NCBI GenBank assembly: GCA_041584015.1
Contig: JBFHES010000120.1
Span: 1-13,025 of the forward strand
DNA from: Bacteroidales bacterium
GTDB taxonomy: Bacteria > Bacteroidota > Bacteroidia > Bacteroidales > M50B96
Length of the DNA stretch: 13,025 nt
Direction of reading: 5' to 3'
In this document: positions 1 to 7,975 of the stretch, piece by piece
Layout: the number at the start of each line of letters is the position of its first letter
How positions within the stretch are numbered: the stretch's first letter is position 1
Notes under the pieces: model-generated
Told to the model about the DNA's origin: nothing
The model's input: only the letters and a program-made list of their open reading frames with translations
Databases searched by the model: none
Made by a program: the position numbers and the translations under genes

Positions 1-99
1 AACGTATCAATATATTCACCTCAGGTGTTTTTATTTCATTAATATGCATAGTTCGGTTATTGCTTTTGTTTAGTGCCTTGTTATTGCCAATTAGGTAAA

Positions 100-3000
100 C
101 TACTTCTTGCCGTTTCCTTCAATGGATCCTTGTATGCCTTCCAGTGCTTTACCCAGGTTTTCAATTTCTTCAACCACGCGCCCTACAGCATTACCTCCAT
201 AGTTTTTCATACGCTGACTACGCCTAAATACTTCTCTAATCTCGTTTAAGCGGATGGTTTCCTTATCATTCAGTTTATTGGTGAGTTCCTTAAACTTTAG
301 CAGATTGGCTTCACCATCGCTGGTTAAGGTTTGCGATTCGCTTTCGTAATGGGTATAGACCAAAAGATCCAATTCTTCTTCATTTAAAACCGGCACTACT
401 TTTTCGGCAATCTTGTTCATATCACGATACGAACCTTGTAACTTAAAGCTTGGTTCGGTGCGGTACTCATCGGCTTGCGAGGCAGAATTAATATAGGCCA
501 TGTTCACTTTTGAGATTACATCGCGAACCACAAACAGCTTCTTTAAAACATCCACATATTCGGTCATCTCGGCAGATGAATGTGCTGCCTCAAAGTCTAA
601 TCCTTCGGACGATCCGCTTGCAGCCAGCTGCATTAATGGATAAATATCGTTGTAGCTTTTTTGTACCAAACCATTTAATATCGGATTCGATGTCATGCAG
701 TTCTCCAGGTACGACATGTAGAATTTATCTTCGGTATCGCCAATAATATCTCCAAGGTTATACACATCGGCACGGTTCAGCAACATATCTGGCACCTGAA
801 AACGCTCACCACTCTCGGTGTACGGATTACCGGCCATGATTACACAAACCTTCTTGCCGCGGAAATCGTAGGTTTTTGCCTGTCCCTTATAAACGCCCTC
901 AATCTTACGTTGCGCATCACATAAGGAAATAAACTTCTGCAGAAATTCAGGATTACAATGTTGGATATCGTCCAGATAAATCATGACATTATCGCCCATT
1001 TCGAAGGCCAGAGCCAGCTTTTTAAGTTCTTCGCGTGCCGCTGCATTTTTCACTTCAGCCGGATCGAGCGAGACTACCGTGTGCCCTATTGCTGGTCCGT
1101 TTATCTTCATAAAAATAATACCAAGCCTGCTGGCTATGTATTCCATCAGGGTAGTTTTACCATAACCCGGTGGCGATATCAGTAATAATAAGCCCATAAG
1201 ATCGGTACGTTTGCCCTCACCTGCCACACCAATTTGTTTGGCAAGGTTGGCACCAATTATTGGCAAATAAACATCGTTAATGAGTTTGTTCCTTACAAAG
1301 GAAGACAACACTCGCGGCTTGAATTCATCTAAACGCAAATGTTGCTCAAAGTCAACTATCAATTCTTTTTTCAAATGCTCATACTTTCTGAACTGGGCGA
1401 CATTAATAAGTGTGAAATTCTTTAAGCGATGCATAAAGGCATTAAAGTTTAACAAGTATTCACCGTTCTTCAGAACTGCATGCGAGCCCTTCATTCCCTT
1501 CACATTGATCGATAACTCTATATCAACTACCGAAATTGGGGTGAATGTTTCCGACAGAATCAAGAAAGCACATTCTTCCAATGCATCGCCAAAATTAATA
1601 GCAGACACATGACTATTAAATGCCTTTAGCCAATTAAGGATGAGCGAGAATTTTCGGTGTTCTTCGTGCACCGCCGCAAGCGATTCTTTAAACACGCGGC
1701 TAACTTTCTCTTTTGTTAGATAGGCATTAAAGTCGCGGTAACAAACCGATGCTTCTTTACTAATTACAACATGCTCATCGGCTATAATTTCGTGGAACAA
1801 ATAGTTACCAGCCTCATGGGCAAATAGGAGCGAGAACAAATTGCTTTGCTCACAAAATGCGGCAATCTTTGTCTGTATTTCGGCAATGATATAATTAAAC
1901 TCAGAGCTTTCTGGGAAAATCTTTAGCAATGCTCCTACACCATTCAGCTCGTTGGTAATGGTTTCTTTCCACGCTGCACTGGCAATGTATTTCCAGAAAT
2001 AATTTGCCAGAACGCGGGCTTTAATCGGATAACGGAGTAAGCCAATGTTCTTATAAAAATAAATTAGCTGTTGCAGCATACGCAGTGCATCAGCATCGTG
2101 CACCCCCTTTGCATAGGCCTCGTTTACATGTGCCGACATGTAGCCATGAATAATGGCCATTAGTTGCTCCTCTTCCATTTTTACCAATTGGAAAATTGGC
2201 GGTATCAACTCATCGTTATTATGCTGCTCCATGGCCTGCTGCAAAATGCTGTATGCCATAAACTCGGCACGATAAACAGCCGTATTTTCGGAGATTAAGC
2301 TTTGTCGCCATATGTCTTTGGTAGCATTAAAATCAGGGTCACTTACCTTCTCGAAGAAATTTGTCCCACTTAGATGATAGAACATTTGGTCACTTTTAAA
2401 CACCATGGTAAGCGCCAGCTTTTGCGTATTCACCGAAAATTTATAATCGCCAAATGCTAAAATCTCCTGACCATCAACATACAGTTCCTGCTTGTCTTTG
2501 AGCAAGCGGATTGCCTCTTCTTTAAGTGTCTTCAGCTGCGATTGCAGGTCGTCAGCTTTAACCGTGTCTTTATATGCTGTTAATTCGGCAACAATGCTGC
2601 GGATTTTAGCAATCATCACATCGGCTGCAAAAAAGGCATTTATCTCGCTTACCGAAGTGTAGCTAAATAGCTTGTTTCGCACCGACTTTAATACACGTTC
2701 AGCTGAGCCAAACAATGCATTTATCTTTCTGTCCAGTTCTTCCTTCAGGTTAATTTTCTTTGTTTCGAAGGAATTATATAAATCTTCGCGTCGCTCAGCA
2801 ATTTCATCAAGGTAGGCCGGAAAGTCGGCAAACTTCCCTTCCAGGTCTTCCAACTGAATCATCAACCGCGCCATGTAATCATCACACTTTGCAACGGTAT
2901 CGCACAAATCCAGGTAATTAACCATGCCTTGCTTTATAAGCTTTATCTTGGAATTAAACTCTGCCTTTCCTTCGCGCTGGAGCAACTCTTTTTTCTTATT

Positions 3001-5025
3001 CTTTAACGCTGCAGCTATTTGATTAAACTCGGCATAAAGCGCCGATATGTTTTCAATAATGCGGGTGGTTTCGGTGGCATCATGAATTTTAAGGCTGCCC
3101 ACAATTTCGATTAACATCTCCAGGTTTCCCGAAAATTCAGTTAAATCATCGGCCGTTTTCTCGGCAACTATTACTTTGCCAATGCTGGAGATATTCTCGT
3201 GAAACTCCTGTATTTTTTCCTTGTACGGCAGCAGAGCTTCTTCTTTTAATAAAAACTCCACACAATCAATCGAGGTTTTATCAAGCTGATCAACCAGCTT
3301 TTCTTCAACGGGTAGTAAGAGCTGAAGATCTACGTAGCGCAAGTCCTTTGTTGAGATTACCTCGCCACGCAAACCACGCAACTGGCTTAGATAATCCACA
3401 AAGTTTAGAACCGTTTTATTCGCGTTACCGGCAATTGTATTCAGCAATACATTTACCTTTTCTACAACTACCTGCGTTTGTTCATCGGTGCTTTTGCGAA
3501 TGGCAATTACCTTTTCATACTCATCAATGGCATGCGAAGCTGTTTCCTGAATCGATTTAATGGGCAGGTTCAGCTCAAAGCAATCCTTCTCGTGTAACCA
3601 ATAATGAGAATCAAGAATGTCCGTGGCCAGCTTAAGAATATCAAAGTACAAATTAGAATAGGAGTCTTCCTTGCGCAGCAAAACTAAGATCTCGTGACAC
3701 TCAGCCATTCCTCGCACCAGGTCGTGATTACCAATTTTATACAACATAGAATCGCTCTCTACAGCAATTTCAAAATTTGGACTGATGTAAGGTGTTTGCC
3801 AGATTTGAATGGCATGATGCTTTTTCGCTTCTTCATCCGATCGGAAGAAACACAATTCGCCATTATCGAAAATTGAAAAACCGTTACAGTATAATGGCTT
3901 CTCAACCTTCTGCTCAATGAGGTTATAAGATAGTAAGACATACACCCCGGTGTTGCTATTGAAAAATACATATTGAAAGTCTTCGCCGTTGGGCGATGCA
4001 ATTTTCTGCTCAAAGAGCATGTCTTTTGCCTCGAGCTCAAAAATTTTGTGTTCACCGGTTTGCAGGTAATATCCGTTCGAGAAAATTATTCCATGGCTAT
4101 CGGGCAACAGCACACACGACTCTTCCATGGAATCAATGCGCACGACTTCCTGTACTTTCTGGTTGTACACAAAATAGCGATACAAATCTTCCTGGAAAGG
4201 GCGAATCTTTAATACGATAATCTGGTCGATTATGGCATAATAAATCTCGGCATCATCAAGGGTTTGGGTTTTATGATTCACCTCTTCGGTATAAATCCCC
4301 ATGCCGGAGTCGGTGTTGTTCTCCACCTTTATGGTTAAATCGCCTTCTGTGGTTTCAACAAATACCTTGTCTTCTATTGATATATGTGGATGCTTGCCTT
4401 TGATATGCTGATCGCGGGTGGTGCGTTTCCAATTAAACTCATGCTGGTCGGGGAACACATATTCATGATCGCTGCGATTATCAATATACTCCAGTGTGTT
4501 TTCGCTGATTAGCCACTTGAAGGTTTTAAAATCGTGCTTGCCCTTGCCTACCCTAAAAACCAAATAAAGATAAGGTCCAATTTGGGCAAACTTCTCGAAC
4601 ACCGTATGCTTGTAATACTTATATAGATTCTTGAAATCTTTCTCGAATGCAGCTGCACTCAGGAAGCCTAAGTCCTGCTTAAAAAACTTATGATCCGCAT
4701 ATTGATAAACACTAAAAACATCCGAGACATCCACCTCCGATTTTAGACCAATAGTAACATTATACCCAAATACGAAGAGTTCGCCCAGTGGAAACATATC
4801 CACCGGAATACAATTGTTATCCGTTGAAATACGCTCCGTTGAAATTAGCTTTGTTGAGATGGACCCAAATACTTTTTTGCGATCGGTATTTAGTTGCTGA
4901 AGTTTGTGCTCCAGCCCTTTCCCATCCTTAAGTAAACGGTTTCGTAAAATTTCGTAGGTACCTTGTTCCAGGCTTATATTTTGTCCTAAGTCGTCCTGCG
5001 CCTTAGCTAATTCTTGTTCGGTCAT
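100..5025 (-). CDS. Giant 1641-aa multidomain protein with a single MoxR/AAA_5-class AAA+ ATPase core near the C-terminus. The N-terminal ~430 aa are beta-rich, followed by a ~750 aa mostly helical/coiled region, then the ATPase and a ~220 aa C-terminal tail.
   Basis: Uninterrupted 4926-nt ORF from ATG (5023-5025, reverse) to TAG (100-102, reverse). The translation contains Walker A ISPPGYGKTT, Walker B MIYLDDIQH, and the MoxR/AAA_5-like stretch KKVCVIMAGNPYTESGERFQVPDMLLNRA. This resembles the ATQNPxExxGxYxLPEAQLDRF region of MoxR ATPases. All antisense ORFs inside it are short. Confidence 0.85.
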   Translation of the reverse strand: MTEQELAKAQDDLGQNISLEQGTYEILRNRLLKDGKGLEHKLQQLNTDRKKVFGSISTKLISTERISTDNNCIPVDMFPLGELFVFGYNVTIGLKSEVDVSDVFSVYQYADHKFFKQDLGFLSAAAFEKDFKNLYKYYKHTVFEKFAQIGPYLYLVFRVGKGKHDFKTFKWLISENTLEYIDNRSDHEYVFPDQHEFNWKRTTRDQHIKGKHPHISIEDKVFVETTEGDLTIKVENNTDSGMGIYTEEVNHKTQTLDDAEIYYAIIDQIIVLKIRPFQEDLYRYFVYNQKVQEVVRIDSMEESCVLLPDSHGIIFSNGYYLQTGEHKIFELEAKDMLFEQKIASPNGEDFQYVFFNSNTGVYVLLSYNLIEQKVEKPLYCNGFSIFDNGELCFFRSDEEAKKHHAIQIWQTPYISPNFEIAVESDSMLYKIGNHDLVRGMAECHEILVLLRKEDSYSNLYFDILKLATDILDSHYWLHEKDCFELNLPIKSIQETASHAIDEYEKVIAIRKSTDEQTQVVVEKVNVLLNTIAGNANKTVLNFVDYLSQLRGLRGEVISTKDLRYVDLQLLLPVEEKLVDQLDKTSIDCVEFLLKEEALLPYKEKIQEFHENISSIGKVIVAEKTADDLTEFSGNLEMLIEIVGSLKIHDATETTRIIENISALYAEFNQIAAALKNKKKELLQREGKAEFNSKIKLIKQGMVNYLDLCDTVAKCDDYMARLMIQLEDLEGKFADFPAYLDEIAERREDLYNSFETKKINLKEELDRKINALFGSAERVLKSVRNKLFSYTSVSEINAFFAADVMIAKIRSIVAELTAYKDTVKADDLQSQLKTLKEEAIRLLKDKQELYVDGQEILAFGDYKFSVNTQKLALTMVFKSDQMFYHLSGTNFFEKVSDPDFNATKDIWRQSLISENTAVYRAEFMAYSILQQAMEQHNNDELIPPIFQLVKMEEEQLMAIIHGYMSAHVNEAYAKGVHDADALRMLQQLIYFYKNIGLLRYPIKARVLANYFWKYIASAAWKETITNELNGVGALLKIFPESSEFNYIIAEIQTKIAAFCEQSNLFSLLFAHEAGNYLFHEIIADEHVVISKEASVCYRDFNAYLTKEKVSRVFKESLAAVHEEHRKFSLILNWLKAFNSHVSAINFGDALEECAFLILSETFTPISVVDIELSINVKGMKGSHAVLKNGEYLLNFNAFMHRLKNFTLINVAQFRKYEHLKKELIVDFEQHLRLDEFKPRVLSSFVRNKLINDVYLPIIGANLAKQIGVAGEGKRTDLMGLLLLISPPGYGKTTLMEYIASRLGIIFMKINGPAIGHTVVSLDPAEVKNAAAREELKKLALAFEMGDNVMIYLDDIQHCNPEFLQKFISLCDAQRKIEGVYKGQAKTYDFRGKKVCVIMAGNPYTESGERFQVPDMLLNRADVYNLGDIIGDTEDKFYMSYLENCMTSNPILNGLVQKSYNDIYPLMQLAASGSSEGLDFEAAHSSAEMTEYVDVLKKLFVVRDVISKVNMAYINSASQADEYRTEPSFKLQGSYRDMNKIAEKVVPVLNEEELDLLVYTHYESESQTLTSDGEANLLKFKELTNKLNDKETIRLNEIREVFRRSQRMKNYGGNAVGRVVEEIENLGKALEGIQGSIEGNGKK
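770..1220 (-). other. AAA+ ATPase core of the giant protein (MoxR/AAA_5 class). Walker A is encoded at 1146-1190 and Walker B at 958-984.
   Basis: The reverse complement of 1146-1190 translates GLLLLISPPGYGKTT. The reverse complement of 958-984 translates MIYLDDIQH. The spacing and the downstream hhhhxGNP...LxxR pattern match the dynein/MoxR/McrB-type AAA_5 fold. Domain boundaries are approximate. Confidence 0.7.
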
Positions 5026-5125
5026 TCTTCATATCCTTGAAAATGAAACAAATTGGTTGAAGTGTTTAATGCAGCACCTGGCATGTAAACCAGAATAGCA
5101 TCATCGTTGTGCCAGCCTTAAGCTG

Positions 5126-5156
5126 AAGTCTACAGAGCATGTTGCTCCATAGACTT
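5126..5156. promoter_or_regulatory. Near-perfect 31-nt palindrome / compound hairpin in the 138-nt spacer between the flotillin stop and the giant-ATPase start.
   Basis: AAGTCTACAGAGCA-TGT-TGCTCCATAGACTT has 14-nt arms with a 2-nt internal mismatch (CA/CA) and a 3-nt loop. On the plus strand it is followed by TTAATATTTT. On the minus strand, which is the sense strand for the operon, it is followed by CAGCUUAAGGCUGG with no U-tract. A full intrinsic terminator for the operon is therefore unlikely, and a partial attenuator, processing site or protein-binding palindrome is more plausible. Confidence 0.5.
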
Positions 5157-5163
5157 TAATATT

Positions 5164-7296
5164 TTACAATCCTATTTCGGAGGCAGTTTTACCGTCGAGT
5201 CCAAGTTTGTAAACAGCACTAAGCAAGCCGCTCAACTTTCCTTTGTCTTCTTCACCTTCCATGCCCTGACTCACTTTCATAAGCAAACCAGACAAGGTTA
5301 AACTCTGCAATTCGTCGGCTGATATTCCAAACTGATCTACAAAATGACGGAAGTTTTGCTTAAAGCTATTTCCTTCTGATGAATTAAAAAACTGGTCTTT
5401 CAGATCTCTCAATACTTCAGAGTTATTCAATACGCGATCAACTTTTTTGCCTTGTGTAATGGCGTCGGTAATTTGCTCGAAGAACTTATTCTCACCACCA
5501 ACAATATCAATATTTGCAGACTTAAGCGCCTCTGCAATAACTAAGGCCTGTGAGCTTGCAATATCCTTTTGAATATTGATTTCAGCCAATTCAATCTCTT
5601 TCTCCTTATTAATTCTGATTTTGAATTCCTCGTGCTCTTTTCCTACGCCGTCTAATTTCTTCATGGCATTGGCTTTTTCTTCCAATCCCTCGGCTTCAGC
5701 AACAAACTTCTCTTTCAGCACACGACTTTCCGCCAATCCTTTTTCTTCGTTTGATTTTGCTTTGGCAGTAATTACCTCAGCTTCAGCTTCGCCTTGCTTA
5801 CGTGTAGCATCTGCCTCTACGTTTGCCTTGGCCTCAATACCTTTTGCTTCGGCAACAGCCTTTAATTCAAGTATGTTTGCGTCGGTTTGTCCCTGTTTAA
5901 AGTTCGCCTCTGCTTTGGCCTCAATCACTTGCGCTTCTGACAATCCAATGGCAGCCTCTTCGGCAGCCTTTGCTTCGGCAAGTACCTTTATTGCAGTGGC
6001 CTGCTTAGTTGATGCTTCTTTCTCAGCTTCCGCTTCAATTTGTATTTGATCCGCCTTAAATATGGAAGCTTGTTTCTGTGCCTCGGCAGCTTTAATCTCT
6101 TTCACTAAGCCTTCTTCAGCATCTTTCTCGGCTTGCTTAATGGCAACATGTTTCTCACGTTCTACCTCAGCAAATGCTCGTGTATCTTTAATTTTCTCCT
6201 CTTCATCAACAACTAGTTTTTCAACCATTACACGTTGCTTAATCACATCCTGAATGTTTTTCTTTTCTTCCTCAACGGCTTTCTCTTTTTCGATTTGTGC
6301 CAACGCAACAATCTTTTCCCTTTCGGTAATTTCAAGCTGCTGATCTTTAAGCACAGCTTCAGCTTCAATGGCTTCCGTGCGTTCTTTGTTTTTGGTAGCT
6401 ACAATTACCTGACGAAGTTTATTTTCTTCAGCAATTTGCAATTCTTCTTCAACGGCAATGCGCGCCTGCTGTGCAATTAAACGCTGTTCTTCTTTCACCT
6501 TATCAATTGATGCCTGCTCGCGTGTTTGTGCTGTTTCAATCTCGCGCTGCTGCTGCGCCTCTTTTTCTGCCAGTTGTTTCTCCAGTTCGAGAATAACCTC
6601 ACGAGCCTCAACATCCTGCTTGGTAATAACCTTTTCTTTTTCGCGCTTAATATTGTTTGCCAGTATCATCTGGTTAGCAGTTAACTCAGTAATTTTCTTA
6701 ATACCTTCTGCATCCAGAATATTATTTGCACTTAATGCCTCAATTGGTGTTTGCTCCAAATAGTCAATGGCACAATCATCAAGTACATATCCGTTTAAAT
6801 CGGTGCCAATTGCCTGAAGAATTTCCAGTTTAAATTTCTCGCGAGAATTGTACAATTCCACAAAATCGAATTGCTTACCCACTGTTTTCAAGGCCTCTGA
6901 AAATTTAGCATCAAACAAGTTGATAAGCATCTCCTGATCGGAAGCACGATAACAACCGATGGATTGTGCAACCTGAATAACATCTTCGGTTGTTTTGTTA
7001 ACACGAACAAAGAATGCCACTTTTATATCGGCACGCATATTATCCTTACAAATCAAACCTTCTGATGATGATCTGTCGATTACAATTGTTTTCAAAGTAA
7101 TGTCCATGATCTCCATTTTGTGCAATACCGGAATTACAAAAATGCCACTAAATGAAACTTTCGTTCCACCGGATCCGGTTCGCACAAGCGACTGTCCTTG
7201 CTTTGCTTTCTTATAAGTTTTAATTACCAGAATAATTATTCCGAGAAGAATAACTATGAGGAAAAATCCTGCTGTTATTGAAATGTTACCACCCAT
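5164..7296 (-). CDS. yqiK: Flotillin / SPFH (band 7) family protein of the YqiK type, 710 aa. It has an N-terminal TM anchor, an SPFH domain, and a long E/A/K-rich coiled-coil flotillin region.
   Basis: The N-terminal hydrophobic helix is FFLIVILLGIIILVI. The motifs VRTGSGGTKV, LICKDNMRADIKVAFFVRV and NILDAEGIKKIT line up with E. coli YqiK as I recall it (VRTGLGGQKV, LITKDRMRVDVVVAFFVRV, NAFDAEGLTKLT). About 330 aa of EA-rich heptad-like sequence follow. Its start codon sits 1 nt from the upstream NfeD-like stop. Confidence 0.9.
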   Translation of the reverse strand: MGGNISITAGFFLIVILLGIIILVIKTYKKAKQGQSLVRTGSGGTKVSFSGIFVIPVLHKMEIMDITLKTIVIDRSSSEGLICKDNMRADIKVAFFVRVNKTTEDVIQVAQSIGCYRASDQEMLINLFDAKFSEALKTVGKQFDFVELYNSREKFKLEILQAIGTDLNGYVLDDCAIDYLEQTPIEALSANNILDAEGIKKITELTANQMILANNIKREKEKVITKQDVEAREVILELEKQLAEKEAQQQREIETAQTREQASIDKVKEEQRLIAQQARIAVEEELQIAEENKLRQVIVATKNKERTEAIEAEAVLKDQQLEITEREKIVALAQIEKEKAVEEEKKNIQDVIKQRVMVEKLVVDEEEKIKDTRAFAEVEREKHVAIKQAEKDAEEGLVKEIKAAEAQKQASIFKADQIQIEAEAEKEASTKQATAIKVLAEAKAAEEAAIGLSEAQVIEAKAEANFKQGQTDANILELKAVAEAKGIEAKANVEADATRKQGEAEAEVITAKAKSNEEKGLAESRVLKEKFVAEAEGLEEKANAMKKLDGVGKEHEEFKIRINKEKEIELAEINIQKDIASSQALVIAEALKSANIDIVGGENKFFEQITDAITQGKKVDRVLNNSEVLRDLKDQFFNSSEGNSFKQNFRHFVDQFGISADELQSLTLSGLLMKVSQGMEGEEDKGKLSGLLSAVYKLGLDGKTASEIGL
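5616..6606 (-). repeat. Low-complexity E/A/K/Q-rich coiled-coil coding region of the flotillin gene. On the plus strand it appears as recurring gcttc/gcctc/ttcagc units.
   Basis: The translation is dominated by EAEAEK, AEAKAAEEAA, IEAKAEAN and similar units. The antisense frames give long A/S-rich pseudo-ORFs (for example 5576-6049), which is typical for this composition. Boundaries are approximate. Confidence 0.6.
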
Positions 7297-7297
7297 G

Positions 7298-7975
7298 TTA
7301 ATTGATTTTATATGGTTCTATTAAATAAATTTTCTTGTCTGCGTAATACTCTATCACAAGTCCCTGTTCTCCCTTTTGCATCTCCACTCCTTCGGGCGTT
7401 ATCACATTTATAGTAAACTGTGCATTATCAACAGTTAAACTTGCCTGCCCGAAAGTAGTGTGTGTTGTGCTTAATAGAACAGTGCAAATCTTCCCACTCA
7501 GGCTCTCGTTCCTATCTACCTGTTTGCCTTTTTTAAAGATTTTAACGAAAGGCATACTTAGCACCTTTGACAGAAGCAATGATGCGATCATGGCCGGAAT
7601 CATGATTAAAAGAGCAAGAAAAAAGTTTTCTATGCCCAGCAGGTCATTTGTCCATAAGGTGATCATCCAAAACGGAAGTGCAAAAAAGCTTATGATGATC
7701 ATCACAGGTACTTTGCCCAAATTGAAGAAGGATAATACGGAGTTGAGCCACATAACCGATCCGCTTGCTCCTACACTTGCGTCGGCATCTGCATCCAAAT
7801 CAACATCTGCGTCCAAGTCCACATCAATATCGGCGTCAATATCCACGTCGGCATCAAAAGCATCCAAATCGAAAACGCCAATAATAACAATGATCCAATA
7901 CAGAAACACCAAGATCAATAGCACACTTGGGATAATGTTGGCTGGTGAGAAACAAAATTGAATAAACTCGCTCAT
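7298..7975 (-). CDS. yqiJ: NfeD-like membrane protein of the YqiJ/DUF1449 type, 225 aa. It has N-terminal TM helices, an acidic D-x-D repeat tract, further TM helices and a C-terminal OB-fold-like soluble domain.
   Basis: Hydrophobic helices are VLLILVFLYWIIVIIGV and MIIISFFALPFWMITLW. FNLGKVPVMIIISFF resembles E. coli YqiJ LNIGRLPALVVLCLL (recalled). The beta-rich C-terminus GKICTVLL...GLVIEYYADKKIYLIEP fits the NfeD OB-fold. It sits directly upstream of the flotillin with a 1-nt spacer, which is the canonical yqiJ-yqiK arrangement. Confidence 0.8.
   Translation of the reverse strand: MSEFIQFCFSPANIIPSVLLILVFLYWIIVIIGVFDLDAFDADVDIDADIDVDLDADVDLDADADASVGASGSVMWLNSVLSFFNLGKVPVMIIISFFALPFWMITLWTNDLLGIENFFLALLIMIPAMIASLLLSKVLSMPFVKIFKKGKQVDRNESLSGKICTVLLSTTHTTFGQASLTVDNAQFTINVITPEGVEMQKGEQGLVIEYYADKKIYLIEPYKIN
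7777..7870 (-). repeat. Imperfect short tandem repeat in coding sequence (units of about 6-12 nt, GCRTC..ATC..ACRTC) encoding the acidic tract DLDAFDADVDIDADIDVDLDADVDLDADADA.
   Basis: Plus-strand sequence 7780-7870 reads gcatctgcatccaaatcaacatctgcgtccaagtccacatcaatatcggcgtcaatatccacgtcggcatcaaaagcatccaaatcg. The translation alternates Asp with a hydrophobic or Ala residue for about 31 aa. Confidence 0.8.

Noticed and set aside
19-50. CACCTCAGGTG followed by TTTTTATTT near the left edge, as a plus-orientation terminator.
   Set aside because: The stem is only 4-5 bp with a 1-3 nt loop, which is too weak to call. It would belong to an unseen upstream plus-strand gene and cannot be evaluated from this window.
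1262-1300. Possible second P-loop, GVAGEGKRT, just upstream of the Walker A in the giant protein (the coordinates mark the approximate encoding region on the minus strand).
   Set aside because: The position after GK is Arg rather than Ser/Thr, and it lies about 15 aa before the genuine GYGKTT. It is most likely part of the N-terminal lid or linker of the same AAA+ domain, not an independent NTP-binding site.
510-4220. Numerous 60-110 aa plus-strand ORFs (510-746, 958-1185, 983-1165, 1280-1612, 3348-3560, 3694-3876, 3973-4212, 3996-4220) and one same-strand out-of-frame ORF (3759-4055) inside the giant gene.
   Set aside because: All are embedded in an uninterrupted 4.9-kb ORF that carries clear AAA+ motifs. 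Short ORFs of this size are expected by chance in 5 kb, and none shows a motif or signal.
5576-6763. Plus-strand ORFs of 157, 63, 81 and 101 aa (5576-6049, 6062-6253, 6235-6480, 6458-6763) with A/S/F-rich translations inside the flotillin gene.
   Set aside because: They are antisense to the flotillin E/A/K-rich coiled-coil region. The low-complexity Ala/Ser-rich products are the expected mirror image of a GAA/GCT-rich coding strand, and they have no start context or domain signal.
7458-7961. Plus-strand 167-aa ORF antisense to the NfeD-like gene, containing an ASKSTSASKSTSISASISTSASKASKSK tract.
   Set aside because: The S/A/K-rich tract is simply the reverse-complement reading of the Asp-X repeat. 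The NfeD reading frame has the TM helices, the OB-fold and the coupled flotillin start, so the minus-strand frame is the real one.
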